Notes: a model not told the origin generated them from the sequence alone. A stretch of DNA of 64,000 nt from an uncultured Candidatus Binatia bacterium (GCA_965218425.1 OZ244621.1:2752001-2816000); one strand, 5' to 3'; counted from the stretch's first letter, positions 50,748-61,430 are shown. A program made the numbers and translations.

Positions 50748-52208
50748 TTACCCCCAGGGTTCGAAGGGGATCTTATCCCATCTTGCGGGGTTGACGACTT
50801 CCATCGGATCGAATCGTTTAATCACTTCTTCGGGGATCGACAACCGCTCGGCGAATGGTTTTCCCAGGGGTTTGGTGCAATCGAAGCCAGCCTTACACAT
50901 GGTCATTCCGTCAGAACTAGGGTCAAGAGGAGAGCCTGTCATCCCGGGAAGGGAAATCAATCCGCGATCGGCCTGGAAACGCGTGGCCAAGGCCAGGAAA
51001 ACTTCCCGCTCATCGAAGATGTCCACGTCCTCATCAAAGACGAATGCATGCTTGTGGTCAAAAGACGAGCTCAGGGCCGCCGTGGCCGCCACTTTCCCCT
51101 GGCCCTCGACGGTCTTGCGGATCTGTATATAGCAGTGCGAGACACCTGAGCCCGACATGGGCACGTGGACTGCCTTTACCCCAGGAACTACACTTTGCAC
51201 GGTGCGAAAGATCATTCCCTCCTTGATCAGGCTGCTGATCCAGTGGGTGTGACCTACCATTACGTCGTCCCAATAGGCATTCCGCCGTTGAGTAATTCCC
51301 GTAACCTTCAATACCGGGCTCCAACGCTGGGGTCCCACGTGTCGCGTATACTCACCGAAGGGAGCTTCCGGTTTGCGTTGCCCTTTAACGATATATCCCT
51401 CAACAACCACATCCGCATCGGCAGGGACCAGGAATTCGTCTCCCAGGGTTTCAGACGGAACCAGTCTGAGGGGTATGCCAGATGTGCCACCTGCAGTTTC
51501 ATAGTGACTTTCGTCGGGCCCCACACGAGCCTGGGCACCCAGGAGAACCAGGGGATGGTGACCGATCCAATAAGCCGCCGGCATGTTCTCTCCAGCCTCC
51601 TCATATTGGCGAAGATTGTGCCGATTATGCGTGCTCGGTCCTAAAAAGACCCTAATTTCGTCTTTTCCTGCCAGCCAGCCGCGCTGCATGGCGGAGTTGT
51701 CAAGACCGGAGTAACGGTTGTAAGCGAGAAAGAAGCCTTCGGTGATGTACCGACCAGGATCCATGCGATGGTGCAGGAGGGCGGGTAGACGACGTACGTC
51801 GAGATCACTCCCTTTTTCCACCACCTCTTTAACCGCTGCCTCATGGCGCGGGACAACAACCGGTTTCATCCGCTTTTGCACACGGTCGTAACAGGTTAAT
51901 CCAGCGTTTCGGATATCTGCACCCAGGATCCGGGCCAAGCGTAGACGGCTGGACATTAAAAAGGTGACCACAGGCATATCCGCCTTTTGGCCGTTTACCG
52001 TAACGTTGTGGCAGACGAGGATTGGGAAACGGTGGTCCTTCTCCAGTTTCATGGCAAGGGCCGTAAGTTCCCATTCGGCTTTGATAGGCTTCTCAATATG
52101 GACTACCTCATCCGGGTACTGTTTCTCGTACTGCTCGATGAACGAATGGAGGTCGGTGCCAAAGGCACCGGCGGAAGGCTGGGCAGCGACACGCTCAGGT
52201 TTTGCCAT
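50748..52208 (-). CDS. UbiD family (de)carboxylase, paralog
   Basis: Same motifs; collinear with 49035-50498. Confidence 0.95.
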   Translation of the reverse strand: MAKPERVAAQPSAGAFGTDLHSFIEQYEKQYPDEVVHIEKPIKAEWELTALAMKLEKDHRFPILVCHNVTVNGQKADMPVVTFLMSSRLRLARILGADIRNAGLTCYDRVQKRMKPVVVPRHEAAVKEVVEKGSDLDVRRLPALLHHRMDPGRYITEGFFLAYNRYSGLDNSAMQRGWLAGKDEIRVFLGPSTHNRHNLRQYEEAGENMPAAYWIGHHPLVLLGAQARVGPDESHYETAGGTSGIPLRLVPSETLGDEFLVPADADVVVEGYIVKGQRKPEAPFGEYTRHVGPQRWSPVLKVTGITQRRNAYWDDVMVGHTHWISSLIKEGMIFRTVQSVVPGVKAVHVPMSGSGVSHCYIQIRKTVEGQGKVAATAALSSSFDHKHAFVFDEDVDIFDEREVFLALATRFQADRGLISLPGMTGSPLDPSSDGMTMCKAGFDCTKPLGKPFAERLSIPEEVIKRFDPMEVVNPARWDKIPFEPWG

Positions 52209-52284
52209 TTCAATTTTCTCCTTTCTCGTTTTTTATCTGCGAGCGATTCAATATGAGTTCAAGGTGTTGATTCACAGTTTGAAA

Positions 52285-54702
52285 CTATTCGGCTTTTGGG
52301 CCGTATCGGGTTCCTTTGCTCGAAGCCACCTCCCACAAACGTGTGGGTGTGATGGGTAGAGTCGTGATGCGAATTCCCAGTGGCGCCAGTGCATCCTCTA
52401 CTGCGCCGGCAATGGCGGCCGGGGCTATGACCGCTCCCCCTTCACCGATACCTTTCGTGCCTAGGGCGGTAAAGGGCGATGGGGTTTCGTGATGGTCTCC
52501 TTCTATGGTGGGAACGTCAGCTGCGGTGGGTTTGAGATAGTCCATGAAGCTCGTGGTGAGAAGCTGACCCCTATCATCGTATACGAACTCCTCCAAGAGA
52601 GCCGCGGCAATACCATGTACGGCCGCCCCATGCACCTGGCCGTCGACGATTGCAGGGTTTATCTGACGCCCGCAGTCGTGGACGACGCCGTAACGTTTGA
52701 GCTCGATCTCAAAAGTCTCTGGATCCACCTCCACCACGGCTACATGGGCGGCACTGGCGAAGCCAAGCTGGACCCGGACCCTGTTTTTCTCATCGGGTTT
52801 CTTGGCCATAGGGTTCTTGTAATAATAGAGCGCTTCGAGGCCCGGTTCGCCGTCGGGTTGTTCTTCCGCAAGGCTCCAATAGGCGCGGCCGGCCAGTTGG
52901 GCGATGCTCACCCCTTTTTCCGGCGTGCCCCGAACTGAAATTTTTCCATCGCTGAGCTCCAGATCCTGAACGTCTGCTTCCAAATGATCGGCCGCCTTTC
53001 GCAGGAGTTTCTCACGGACCTTCTTGGCCGCACCAATGGCCGCCGCGGTGTCGTGACCGTTGAATTTGTTTGAATAGACTCCCGAAGTCATGACGGACGG
53101 ATGGCTCGCGCTGTCAAAGGTCATTGGGACGCGCACTTGTTCAATTTTCAAACCAAGCTCATCGGCTACGATCTGTGCCAGGGAGGTGGAATGACCCTGT
53201 CCGGCCTCCAGACTCCCGGTAAAAACGGATGCGGTTCCATCGGTCTCGATTCGGACCCTCGCCGCTTCACCCTGGCCGCTAAGCAGCTGAGAGGGCCCGC
53301 TAATCAGCATGCCATAACTGAGATTCGAACCACCGGGCTCCACGCCCATGGCGATACCAAAGCCCAGCATACGGCCTTGTTCCCGCGCCTTTGCTTGTTC
53401 CTGGAGAATCTTATCGTGGTCCATCAGTTTGAGGGCCTTGCGAAGAAGTTCGGGATAGTCCCCGCTGTCGTAGGTCTGACCGGAAGGGGTGTCATAGGGG
53501 AATTCATTGGGTTGGATAAAATTTCGCTTGCGAATATCGAGACGATCCATCTTGAGGGTGTTGGCAATTACATCCACGATCCGCTCCACGGAAAAACACA
53601 TAAAGGGTTTGCCGATACCGCGGTTCGCCACCACAGGACAGCAATTGGACAGCACGGAGTAACCTTCGTATGAGACCGCAGGTATCCGGTAACAGTTTAC
53701 TATATTGCTGAGCATGAGCAAATTGTGGCGTCCCGCAAAATCAATTCCCGCCCCTTCATTCTCGATGTTGCGAAACTTGAGGCCAAGAATCGTACCGTCG
53801 GACTTGACGGCCGCGGCGACGTCCATAACGCCGTCCGCAGCGTGCCCCAGGGCCAGCAGGCTTTCACGGCGGTCCTCAATCCACTTCACAGGTCTTTTTG
53901 CCTCCCGTGCCAGCAGTGCGAGGATGATGAGAAACAACGGGCGAACCTTATTGCCAAAGGCGCCGCCCATGGGGGGCACGATAAAACGCACCTGTCCCGT
54001 GGAGATACCCAAGGAAGCGCACACGGCCTGACGATCCTGGCTGGGCTGTTGCGTATGACCCCAGATGGTAAACGCCTCGGTGGCTGGCTCGTATTGAACC
54101 ATGACGCCAAAGGTTTCCAAGGGTGTTGAGGAGTAGCGGTGGATGGTGAAGCGTTCCTGGATCACTTGATCGGCCTGGGTAAAGGCTCCCTCCACGTCGC
54201 CGTAGGGGAAGGTGTCGTGCCACAGCACGTTGGTTTCCAGCTCTTCGAACACCATGGAGGCATCCGGCTTGAGCGCCTCTTCCGGATGAACCACGGCAGG
54301 CAGCGGCTCGTATTCGATATCAATCAGATCCAGCACATCCTCTGCCGTAGCTCTATCAATGGCTGCAACGGCCACCACAGGCTCGCCTACGTAGCGTACC
54401 TTTTCGTAGGCCAAGGCGTAAACCTTTGGCGAAAATTGCAGGGGAACCCGACCCCTCTGGGGTCGCGTCAACCGGGCCACGTCCTCGCCGGTCATTACAG
54501 CGAAGACACCCGCGTGGGCCCGGGCGTGGCTGACATCTATACGTAGAATCTTTGCGTGTGCATAGGGACTCCGGAGGTAAGCGGCATGGGCCAGCCCCGG
54601 CAGGACCAGGTCATCGATGAACTGCCCTCGGCTGACCAAAAGGGCGCGGTCTTCCGTGCGCCGGACTGACTGACCTACCCATTTCGGCGCCATGGTGGTC
54701 AT
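52285..54702 (-). CDS. Xanthine dehydrogenase/CoxL-family molybdopterin subunit
   Basis: GGAFGNK, GQGH, DCG..INP.IVDGQVHG, KGIGEGG; loop ANRGIG (not a form I CODH). Confidence 0.95.
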   Translation of the reverse strand: MTTMAPKWVGQSVRRTEDRALLVSRGQFIDDLVLPGLAHAAYLRSPYAHAKILRIDVSHARAHAGVFAVMTGEDVARLTRPQRGRVPLQFSPKVYALAYEKVRYVGEPVVAVAAIDRATAEDVLDLIDIEYEPLPAVVHPEEALKPDASMVFEELETNVLWHDTFPYGDVEGAFTQADQVIQERFTIHRYSSTPLETFGVMVQYEPATEAFTIWGHTQQPSQDRQAVCASLGISTGQVRFIVPPMGGAFGNKVRPLFLIILALLAREAKRPVKWIEDRRESLLALGHAADGVMDVAAAVKSDGTILGLKFRNIENEGAGIDFAGRHNLLMLSNIVNCYRIPAVSYEGYSVLSNCCPVVANRGIGKPFMCFSVERIVDVIANTLKMDRLDIRKRNFIQPNEFPYDTPSGQTYDSGDYPELLRKALKLMDHDKILQEQAKAREQGRMLGFGIAMGVEPGGSNLSYGMLISGPSQLLSGQGEAARVRIETDGTASVFTGSLEAGQGHSTSLAQIVADELGLKIEQVRVPMTFDSASHPSVMTSGVYSNKFNGHDTAAAIGAAKKVREKLLRKAADHLEADVQDLELSDGKISVRGTPEKGVSIAQLAGRAYWSLAEEQPDGEPGLEALYYYKNPMAKKPDEKNRVRVQLGFASAAHVAVVEVDPETFEIELKRYGVVHDCGRQINPAIVDGQVHGAAVHGIAAALLEEFVYDDRGQLLTTSFMDYLKPTAADVPTIEGDHHETPSPFTALGTKGIGEGGAVIAPAAIAGAVEDALAPLGIRITTLPITPTRLWEVASSKGTRYGPKAE

Positions 54703-55196
54703 GCCGGCCCTTTTTCTTTTGAGCTTGCGCCGGCCTGTGCAGCCGCATGTACAGCTCTGACAATATTAACGTAGCCGGTACACATGCAGAGATTACCGGA
54801 AAGTCCTGCCCGAATTTCTTCCTCGGTGGGGGAGGGGTTCTGCCGCAGGAGTTCAAGGGCGGCGAGGAGCATGCCGGGCGTGCAAAAGCCACACTGCAGG
54901 GCATGGTGTTTTTGAAAAGCCTGTTGGAGTGGATGGAGCCCATTTTCAGTTGCAAGACCTTCGATGGTGGTGATCTCCGCCCTGTTGGCCTGCACCGCGA
55001 ACAGAAGGCACGACCGTACGGTTTGTCCGTTCATCAGCACGGTGCATGCCCCGCAGACTCCATGTTCGCAGCCCACATGAGTTCCGGTGAGTCCTAATTC
55101 GGAGCGCAGGAAATCAACCAGGGACACGCGGGGTTCAGCGTTCCCCGTGTGAGGAGTTCCGTTAACAGTGAAGGATATGGAAATATTTTCTGCCAT
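54699..55196 (-). CDS. (2Fe-2S) subunit, CoxS-like
   Basis: GCEHGVCGACTV, QCGFCTPG, CMCTGY. Confidence 0.95.
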   Translation of the reverse strand: MAENISISFTVNGTPHTGNAEPRVSLVDFLRSELGLTGTHVGCEHGVCGACTVLMNGQTVRSCLLFAVQANRAEITTIEGLATENGLHPLQQAFQKHHALQCGFCTPGMLLAALELLRQNPSPTEEEIRAGLSGNLCMCTGYVNIVRAVHAAAQAGASSKEKGPA

Positions 55197-55205
55197 GGGA
55201 GTGAC

Positions 55206-56072
55206 TTATGCAGCACGAGCCTGCGCTGTTTCCAGGGCCCGGCGCACGAGTACGGAGGAAAGGTGGCGGCGGTAGCCGGCGGATGCATGGATGTCGCTTT
55301 CGGGATCGATCTCAGAGGCCGCCAATTCACCCGCTTCACGAAAGAGCGCAGCGGTTGGCTGTTCCCCCATCAGGAGCTGCTCCGCAGCGCTGGATCGGAC
55401 TGGGGCAGGCCCCACGCCTCCGAGGGCGATTCTGCTAAAGACTGTCCTCTGCTGTTTATCAAGTCGAAGGAGCGCCGCCACTGCTATAATGGCAAAGTCA
55501 CCATGACGACGTGCATACTCGCTAAAACACCAACCCGTCCCCTTGGGTGGAGTATGCAGAGAGATTCCCACCAGCAACTCATGGGGCTCCATTGCGGTTG
55601 TCAGGTATCCTAAGTAGAACTCTTCAGGCTTGAGCTTACGTTTTCCCTTTTTGCTCCGAAGTTGTAACTCAGCGTCCAAGGCTAGGGTGATCAGCGGGAG
55701 TTCGGCAGCAGGGTCGGCATGGACCACGCTCCCCCCGATGGTGCCGCGATTTCGGATGGCCGGATGGCCCACAAGACGAATGGCGTCCGTAAGGATGGGT
55801 AGTTGTCGTGCCACCTGGGGTGAAAACTCCACGTCACGGTGCCTTGCCATGGCACCGAGGGTAACCTTGCGGCCAGTGACCTTGATATTGGCCAGATCCC
55901 CCAAGCCGTTAATGTCGAGAAGGTATGAGGGACGCATAAGCCTGAAATTCATCAGCGGAACCAAGCTTTGGCCCCCGGCCAGGATCTTCACCTCTGGGCC
56001 GTATTCTTGTAACAGGGTTAGCGCCTCGTTCAGGCTCTTTGGCGCAAGGTAAGTGAAGGGCGCTGGCTTCAT
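55206..56072 (-). CDS. FAD-binding subunit, CoxM-like
   Basis: MKPAPFTY, AGGQSL, IRNRGTIGGS, RRHGDFA. Confidence 0.95.
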   Translation of the reverse strand: MKPAPFTYLAPKSLNEALTLLQEYGPEVKILAGGQSLVPLMNFRLMRPSYLLDINGLGDLANIKVTGRKVTLGAMARHRDVEFSPQVARQLPILTDAIRLVGHPAIRNRGTIGGSVVHADPAAELPLITLALDAELQLRSKKGKRKLKPEEFYLGYLTTAMEPHELLVGISLHTPPKGTGWCFSEYARRHGDFAIIAVAALLRLDKQQRTVFSRIALGGVGPAPVRSSAAEQLLMGEQPTAALFREAGELAASEIDPESDIHASAGYRRHLSSVLVRRALETAQARAA

Positions 56073-56082
56073 CTGGGGTCTG

Positions 56083-56895
56083 CTAGTAGAGCTCCCCCTT
56101 GAGGTACTGAAGCGCAATCTTATTGAACTCGTTCGGGTACTCGGTCTGCGGATGAAGCCCACAGCTGGACATGGAGTAAAACCGGCTTCCCGGCGTTAAC
56201 GCATAGCCTTTGAGCGCCTGCTCGATGGGGAGCACTTGGCTCTCTCGGCCCACCACGAAGAGGACGGGCACCTTGATCTCGGCCAGTTGGGGCCTACAGT
56301 TGGGAACGTCCATGGGATAACCACCCAGCTTGTTGTAAGCATCGTACTGACGCGCACTGTCCTTCAAGTATTGCTCGAAGACCTCGGGGGGAACCGAACG
56401 GTCCGTGGAGAAGTAACTCCTTGCTAGCATGGCCTTGAGATTTTCTTTGGTGGCCTGGTAATTTGCGTAAGGGGCCAATGCTTTCTCTTCCAGTTCCGGA
56501 GGGATTCCACCACCGGCATTACCGATGAGAATGATCCGTCCCACCCTTTCCGGATGCTCATGTCCCAAGGTGATGGCGATCAATCCACCCCGGCAGTTGC
56601 CCACCAGATGGGTCTTCTTGATGCCCACGGCATCCATGAAGTCGAACATATGCTTGACGTAGGCCGGATGCTTCAGTAGGGCCTTGGGAGAATCGGTCTG
56701 TCCGAAACCAATAATATCTACCGCATAGATTTTGAAATGCTCGCTCAGCGGCTCAATGGTATGCCGGTATTCCAGGCCTCCGCCCGTGCCGGGATCGGCC
56801 GAGTGCATCATTACCACCGGGTCGCCCTGGCCGGCTTCCCAATAATGGGTCCGATACTCACCTGCTTGAACGAATCCTTCCTTCGCCTTTCCCAT
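56083..56895 (-). CDS. Alpha/beta hydrolase (meta-cleavage-hydrolase-like) with Cys at the nucleophile position
   Basis: DIIGFGQTD, LVGNCRGG. Confidence 0.88.
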   Translation of the reverse strand: MGKAKEGFVQAGEYRTHYWEAGQGDPVVMMHSADPGTGGGLEYRHTIEPLSEHFKIYAVDIIGFGQTDSPKALLKHPAYVKHMFDFMDAVGIKKTHLVGNCRGGLIAITLGHEHPERVGRIILIGNAGGGIPPELEEKALAPYANYQATKENLKAMLARSYFSTDRSVPPEVFEQYLKDSARQYDAYNKLGGYPMDVPNCRPQLAEIKVPVLFVVGRESQVLPIEQALKGYALTPGSRFYSMSSCGLHPQTEYPNEFNKIALQYLKGELY

Positions 56896-57177
56896 ATGAA
56901 TTAACCTCCTGTCTGATTCTTACATATCAAATGTTCAACACAACGACCTCAACGAAATTCTTCGCCCCAAGATCGTAAGGAGCATTAAGCCGCGGATCAT
57001 TTATACTTTATCATCCCCCAAGATGGACACAGACGGGTCATGGCAAGGAGCACAGCGCATTGGGTCCGGACGGTTGCCCCCTGAATACTCCATGCGCTTA
57101 GCGCGGTCGTCTCCGTGGCGAAATGTCCGAATCCTTGCGTTTTTCGTCTTGCGCGAGTCATTTTTTTATTTGTTGTC

Positions 57178-59604
57178 TCAATCCTGTTTTTTAGCAGAGC
57201 GAATCAATTCCCAGAGTCGTAGGGGCGATGCTGGGATGGTTCGACATCGGACGCCAAGAGGAGTCAATGCATCATTGATGGCGTTAAGCATTACTGCCGG
57301 TGTGGCCAGCACGGCGTTTTCGCCAGCACCCTTGACCCCCATGGGTGAAAAAGGAGAAGGGGTTTCGGTAAAGTTACGCTCGGTCATTGGCACTTCCCAG
57401 ATTGTAGGCATCAGGTAGTCCATAAAAGTGGAGCTCAAGTATTGACCCTTTTCGTCGTAGGCATGTTCCTCTAGTAGAGTTTGTCCTATGCCCTGAGCCA
57501 CCGCGCCCTGGGTCATGCCTTCCACCACGGCAGGCTGCAACCTCACTCCGCAGTCGTCGGAAATTGCGTACTTGAGAATCTTAACCTGTCCAGTTTCGCG
57601 ATCAACTTCAACCATGACTACATGGGCCGTGTTGGCCGCCGTCAGGTCAAAACTTCCTCTACCTTCGGCATCGGGCAGCTTGGGGTTCGGTGGATTATAG
57701 GTATAGCTGGCCTCGGGATTGCCATCCACGTCCTCGGGCAGCAGATCGGATCGCGACAGCATGGCGGCAACCACTTTCTGCATCGGCATGGCCTTGTCAG
57801 GAGAACCCTTCACTTGCAGGTTCCCGTTCATGAGTTCCACGTCTTCCGCGTCCACCTCCATGAGCACGCTCGCCACCTTGCGAAGCTTGTCCGCAACCCG
57901 GCCGGCCGCGCCCAGCATGGCGCCGGAGAGCATGACCGCCTGGCGGCTACCGATGGGGCCCGTGCCTGGTCCGGCCGCTAGGCTATCCACGGTCACCACC
58001 TGGACGTGATCCCGTTGGACACCGAAATAATCGGCCAGAATGCTGGTGGCAAAACTATGTTGACCTTGACCCTCCCAAGGGAAGCTTACCTCGGCAAAGA
58101 TCTTGCCGGTCATGTCGATTCTCACACGGGCACTCTCAGGCATGGAGGTGCCAAAGGGTGAGTTTGGTCCCAATAGGGTGAATATGCTCATGGATACCGC
58201 ACTGAGCTCTACGCCAGTGTAGACACCGACCCCCACGAGCCGTCCCTGGGAACGGGCCTCCCGTTGTTGATTACGGAGTTCTTGGTAGCCGGCGAGGTCC
58301 AAGGCCAGGTCCAACGTGTGCTCGTAGTTGCCGCTGTCGTATCTCGCCCCGTTGGGTGCCACGTAGGGAAACTGCTCGGGTCTTAGCAGATTGCGCCGGC
58401 GGATCTCCGCCGGGTCGAGCTTTAACTCCCGTGCGGCCAGGTCGACGCAATGTTCCACTGCGAGATTGTGGGTTGGAACACCCCAACCTCGGTAGGAGCC
58501 CTGCGGGCATTTGTTCGTTGCAACCACCGTCAAATCGTACTGCGCATGGCGTATGCGGTAGGGGCCCGTAAAGCATGATACGGGTTTCAAGGCTTTGCCC
58601 ACCGCCACGGAAGCGGCATACCCACCCATGTCGTCGAGTACCTTGATTTTCAAGGCGGTGATTTCTCCGTCGCGGGTCAGCGCCATTTCAGCGGTAACAT
58701 TGCGGTCGGGACCATGGGTATAGCTCCCCCTGAGATGCTCAACCCTATCTTCGATCCACTTCACCGGTCGCCCTCCCGCTTTACGGGAAAGGAGGGCCAT
58801 TCGAATAACGGCATGGGGATAAATCTTTGTGCCAAAGGAGCCGCCATGAGGCAGGGGAACCAAACGGGTCTTGTTCGCTGGAATTCGAAGCCCGCTGCTA
58901 ACAGTTGGCGTGAAAAAGCCGGTGCCCTGAAAGCCGCCCCATGCGGTCACCGATTGCTCCGCTGGATTCCATTGGGCAATGCAACCGATGGTCTCGATGG
59001 GATTGCCGCTGGCGCGGTGCCAGCGCAGGTCGTCTTTGACCACGAGATGGGCCTTGGCGAAGGCCTCATCTACTTCGCCGAAGGTGAAGACCCGCTGGTA
59101 GATGACATTGGTCCCATGTGTTTCCCAGACCAGAGGACTGGAGGGCTCCAGGGCCTTGGCCGGATCCACCACCGGCGATAGTATTTCATACTCCACCTCA
59201 ACCAGGTCCAGAGCATCCTCCGCGATGTAGCGACTGGTGGCGGCCACGGCCGCAATGGGTTCGCCCACGAAACGAACCTTGTCTTTGGCCAGACAGTGAC
59301 CAGCCCAACCATTGGGAAAGCCGGACACGGGTCCCGACCATTGTTCTGCGTACTCACCTGTAATAACGCACGTGACTCCTTTGAGCTTTTCCGCCTTGGA
59401 GGTGTCGATGCGTTTGATGCGGGCGTGGGCGTGGGGACTCTGGAGGACCGCAGCGTGTAGCATATTGGGCAAGGAGAGATTATTGGTAAACTGGGCGGTC
59501 CCGGTCAGCAATGCACTATCTTCAACCCGCGGTACGTCTTTTCCTACGTATCGTGGTTGGGTCACGGGTAATTCGTTGGGATGGTGAGGAATATTTTGCG
59601 CCAT
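57178..59604 (-). CDS. Second xanthine dehydrogenase/CoxL-family molybdopterin subunit
   Basis: GGSFGTK, SYRGWG, GQGQH, DDCG, KGAGE. Confidence 0.95.
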   Translation of the reverse strand: MAQNIPHHPNELPVTQPRYVGKDVPRVEDSALLTGTAQFTNNLSLPNMLHAAVLQSPHAHARIKRIDTSKAEKLKGVTCVITGEYAEQWSGPVSGFPNGWAGHCLAKDKVRFVGEPIAAVAATSRYIAEDALDLVEVEYEILSPVVDPAKALEPSSPLVWETHGTNVIYQRVFTFGEVDEAFAKAHLVVKDDLRWHRASGNPIETIGCIAQWNPAEQSVTAWGGFQGTGFFTPTVSSGLRIPANKTRLVPLPHGGSFGTKIYPHAVIRMALLSRKAGGRPVKWIEDRVEHLRGSYTHGPDRNVTAEMALTRDGEITALKIKVLDDMGGYAASVAVGKALKPVSCFTGPYRIRHAQYDLTVVATNKCPQGSYRGWGVPTHNLAVEHCVDLAARELKLDPAEIRRRNLLRPEQFPYVAPNGARYDSGNYEHTLDLALDLAGYQELRNQQREARSQGRLVGVGVYTGVELSAVSMSIFTLLGPNSPFGTSMPESARVRIDMTGKIFAEVSFPWEGQGQHSFATSILADYFGVQRDHVQVVTVDSLAAGPGTGPIGSRQAVMLSGAMLGAAGRVADKLRKVASVLMEVDAEDVELMNGNLQVKGSPDKAMPMQKVVAAMLSRSDLLPEDVDGNPEASYTYNPPNPKLPDAEGRGSFDLTAANTAHVVMVEVDRETGQVKILKYAISDDCGVRLQPAVVEGMTQGAVAQGIGQTLLEEHAYDEKGQYLSSTFMDYLMPTIWEVPMTERNFTETPSPFSPMGVKGAGENAVLATPAVMLNAINDALTPLGVRCRTIPASPLRLWELIRSAKKQD

Positions 59605-59990
59605 GTCAGTCAGCTATGTTCCTAAATTTTATTGAAGGCTTAGCGAGATAGTGATTGCTAAAATCTCGTAGCCGTTTCGAGCATGCCGTATAACATCCCT
59701 GTGCTAAGTTGTCAAACTTACGAGTAAAATCACTTCAGATTTGGATTGCAAATCTGGAAAATGACCCGCGCAAAGACGCAAAACGTATGGCGCCTATTAC
59801 TGAGGACTGAGTGGGGATTAAGAATAGGGTGAAGGGTGTGGCGTGTAGGAGGAGGTGAAGTCCAAACCCTACACTCTACCTGACCGTCGAACCCTTAATA
59901 CTAATCTCTGAATCAGGACGCTATACGCTTTGCGCTCTGCTCTTTACCATTTTTATCTGCGTTAATCTGCGGCTAGTCACTCTTCCTCTA

Positions 59991-60365
59991 CTATTTGTCC
60001 GACGCGTGAAGTTGTTGGTAGTTGCCCTCTGAGTCAAAGAAGTAAACGGCCCGACCGCTCTCACGGCCAACAGGACCTTCGTGAAAGTAACCCTCGGCTT
60101 TTAGGAAAGCCACGGCCTGGTCGAAGGTTCCGGGAGCCACTTCAAAGGCCTGGTGAGTGATACCGTCCTCCTTGAGCGAATTGCGATTCAAGGGACGCGG
60201 GCGGCGAAATAGCACCACATCTGCATTGCCACACTTCAGCCTGGAACCTCCTTCCGCGATTCGATGCCCGCCGCTCATGCCAAGAATCTTAGTGTAGAAA
60301 CGCTCCGCCCGATCGAGATCGTCCACCGGAATTCCCATATGGTAGATACCAACCGTTTGAATCAT
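59991..60365 (-). CDS. VOC/glyoxalase family protein
   Basis: HMGIPVDDLDRAERFY..YFFDSEGN. Confidence 0.9.
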   Translation of the reverse strand: MIQTVGIYHMGIPVDDLDRAERFYTKILGMSGGHRIAEGGSRLKCGNADVVLFRRPRPLNRNSLKEDGITHQAFEVAPGTFDQAVAFLKAEGYFHEGPVGRESGRAVYFFDSEGNYQQLHASDK

Positions 60366-60417
60366 ATTTCCACCTCCTTCTTGTATGGGTAACTGGCAAA
60401 TCCTTTAGAACTGCGGG

Positions 60418-61365
60418 CTAAAGTACAAAGGTTGTCCCTACGCTGTTGGCAATGAACGCCTCTGGAAATTCCCGAGCAATCTCATGGGTTGCTTTCCATC
60501 CCGTACAGTGCTGCGGCACAATAACCTTTGGATTGATCTCCTTCAACGCTTGAATCGTCGGCGAGATGATAGGCTCAAATATTTTGCCGGTGAGGTGGAG
60601 GCCTCCGATCACCGCATAAATATTGAAAACGCCTGTGGCGTTCTTTGCATGCAGCAAAGTATTGACCACCCCCGCATGTCCACATCCCGTCAGCACGACT
60701 AGGCCCTTATCCTTGACGTTGATCACCATGGCTTGATCATCATGGATCCAAGGGTCTGGCTGCCATTGGTCATCAATTTTTGCTTGATGCGGGGGAGATC
60801 CCTTCTCAAAGGGTGTCGTCCGGGCAATCTGGCCCGTGATCATGGTTTTTCCTTCAACCAGTATGGTTGGTCCCCGCTCTTCAATCACTTCCATCCCTTC
60901 GGCTTCGAGATCTTTCCTCACAGGCGGGATGTGATATGTTTCATGCCCGTCGGGGCGGACGTTCCTGCGTTCTAAGAATGCATCCGGGTGCATAACTACG
61001 GGAAGCTTCCTGCGGCCATGGCGTTTAAACAATCCAATCAGACCCCGTGTATGGTCCGTATGTCCGTGGCTCACGACTAATGCATGGAGTTCTTTTGGCC
61101 GAACTTCCAGTACGTCCATGTTGTGCAGCGCTCCGTCAACGGTGACGCCTGCGTCGAAAAGAAATTTATCCTCCTTGCCTTCTGAGAAAGTTGTTATAAG
61201 CATAGCTACCCCGTGCTCAGCCCTGAGCTGAGGTCGGGACATTGCGTCCGGCGCGCGAGCGGCTCGCTTGGCAATAGGAGTGCCTGCCATGAGCACGTCG
61301 ATGGAGTTATCCATGATGCTTAGTATCTCCACCCGATCCACGGGTTTTAACATTATCTCAGGCAT
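60418..61365 (-). CDS. MBL-fold metallo-hydrolase
   Basis: AEHG, SHGHTDH, GCGHAG, GGLHL, HCTG. Confidence 0.93.
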   Translation of the reverse strand: MPEIMLKPVDRVEILSIMDNSIDVLMAGTPIAKRAARAPDAMSRPQLRAEHGVAMLITTFSEGKEDKFLFDAGVTVDGALHNMDVLEVRPKELHALVVSHGHTDHTRGLIGLFKRHGRRKLPVVMHPDAFLERRNVRPDGHETYHIPPVRKDLEAEGMEVIEERGPTILVEGKTMITGQIARTTPFEKGSPPHQAKIDDQWQPDPWIHDDQAMVINVKDKGLVVLTGCGHAGVVNTLLHAKNATGVFNIYAVIGGLHLTGKIFEPIISPTIQALKEINPKVIVPQHCTGWKATHEIAREFPEAFIANSVGTTFVL

Positions 61366-61430
61366 GACGACCCACCTCACAGAAATTTTACTTTATTATT
61401 AAATTAATGGCAGATTTTTGCTAAATACCT

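Noticed and set aside
52285..59604. Aerobic CO dehydrogenase
   Set aside because: Neither large subunit has the AYxCSFR loop
59760..59985. Short motifs (CGCAAAGACGCAAA, ATCTGCGTTAATCTGCGG), with related sequence near 57100
   Set aside because: Look like common dispersed intergenic palindromic remnants; too degenerate to define
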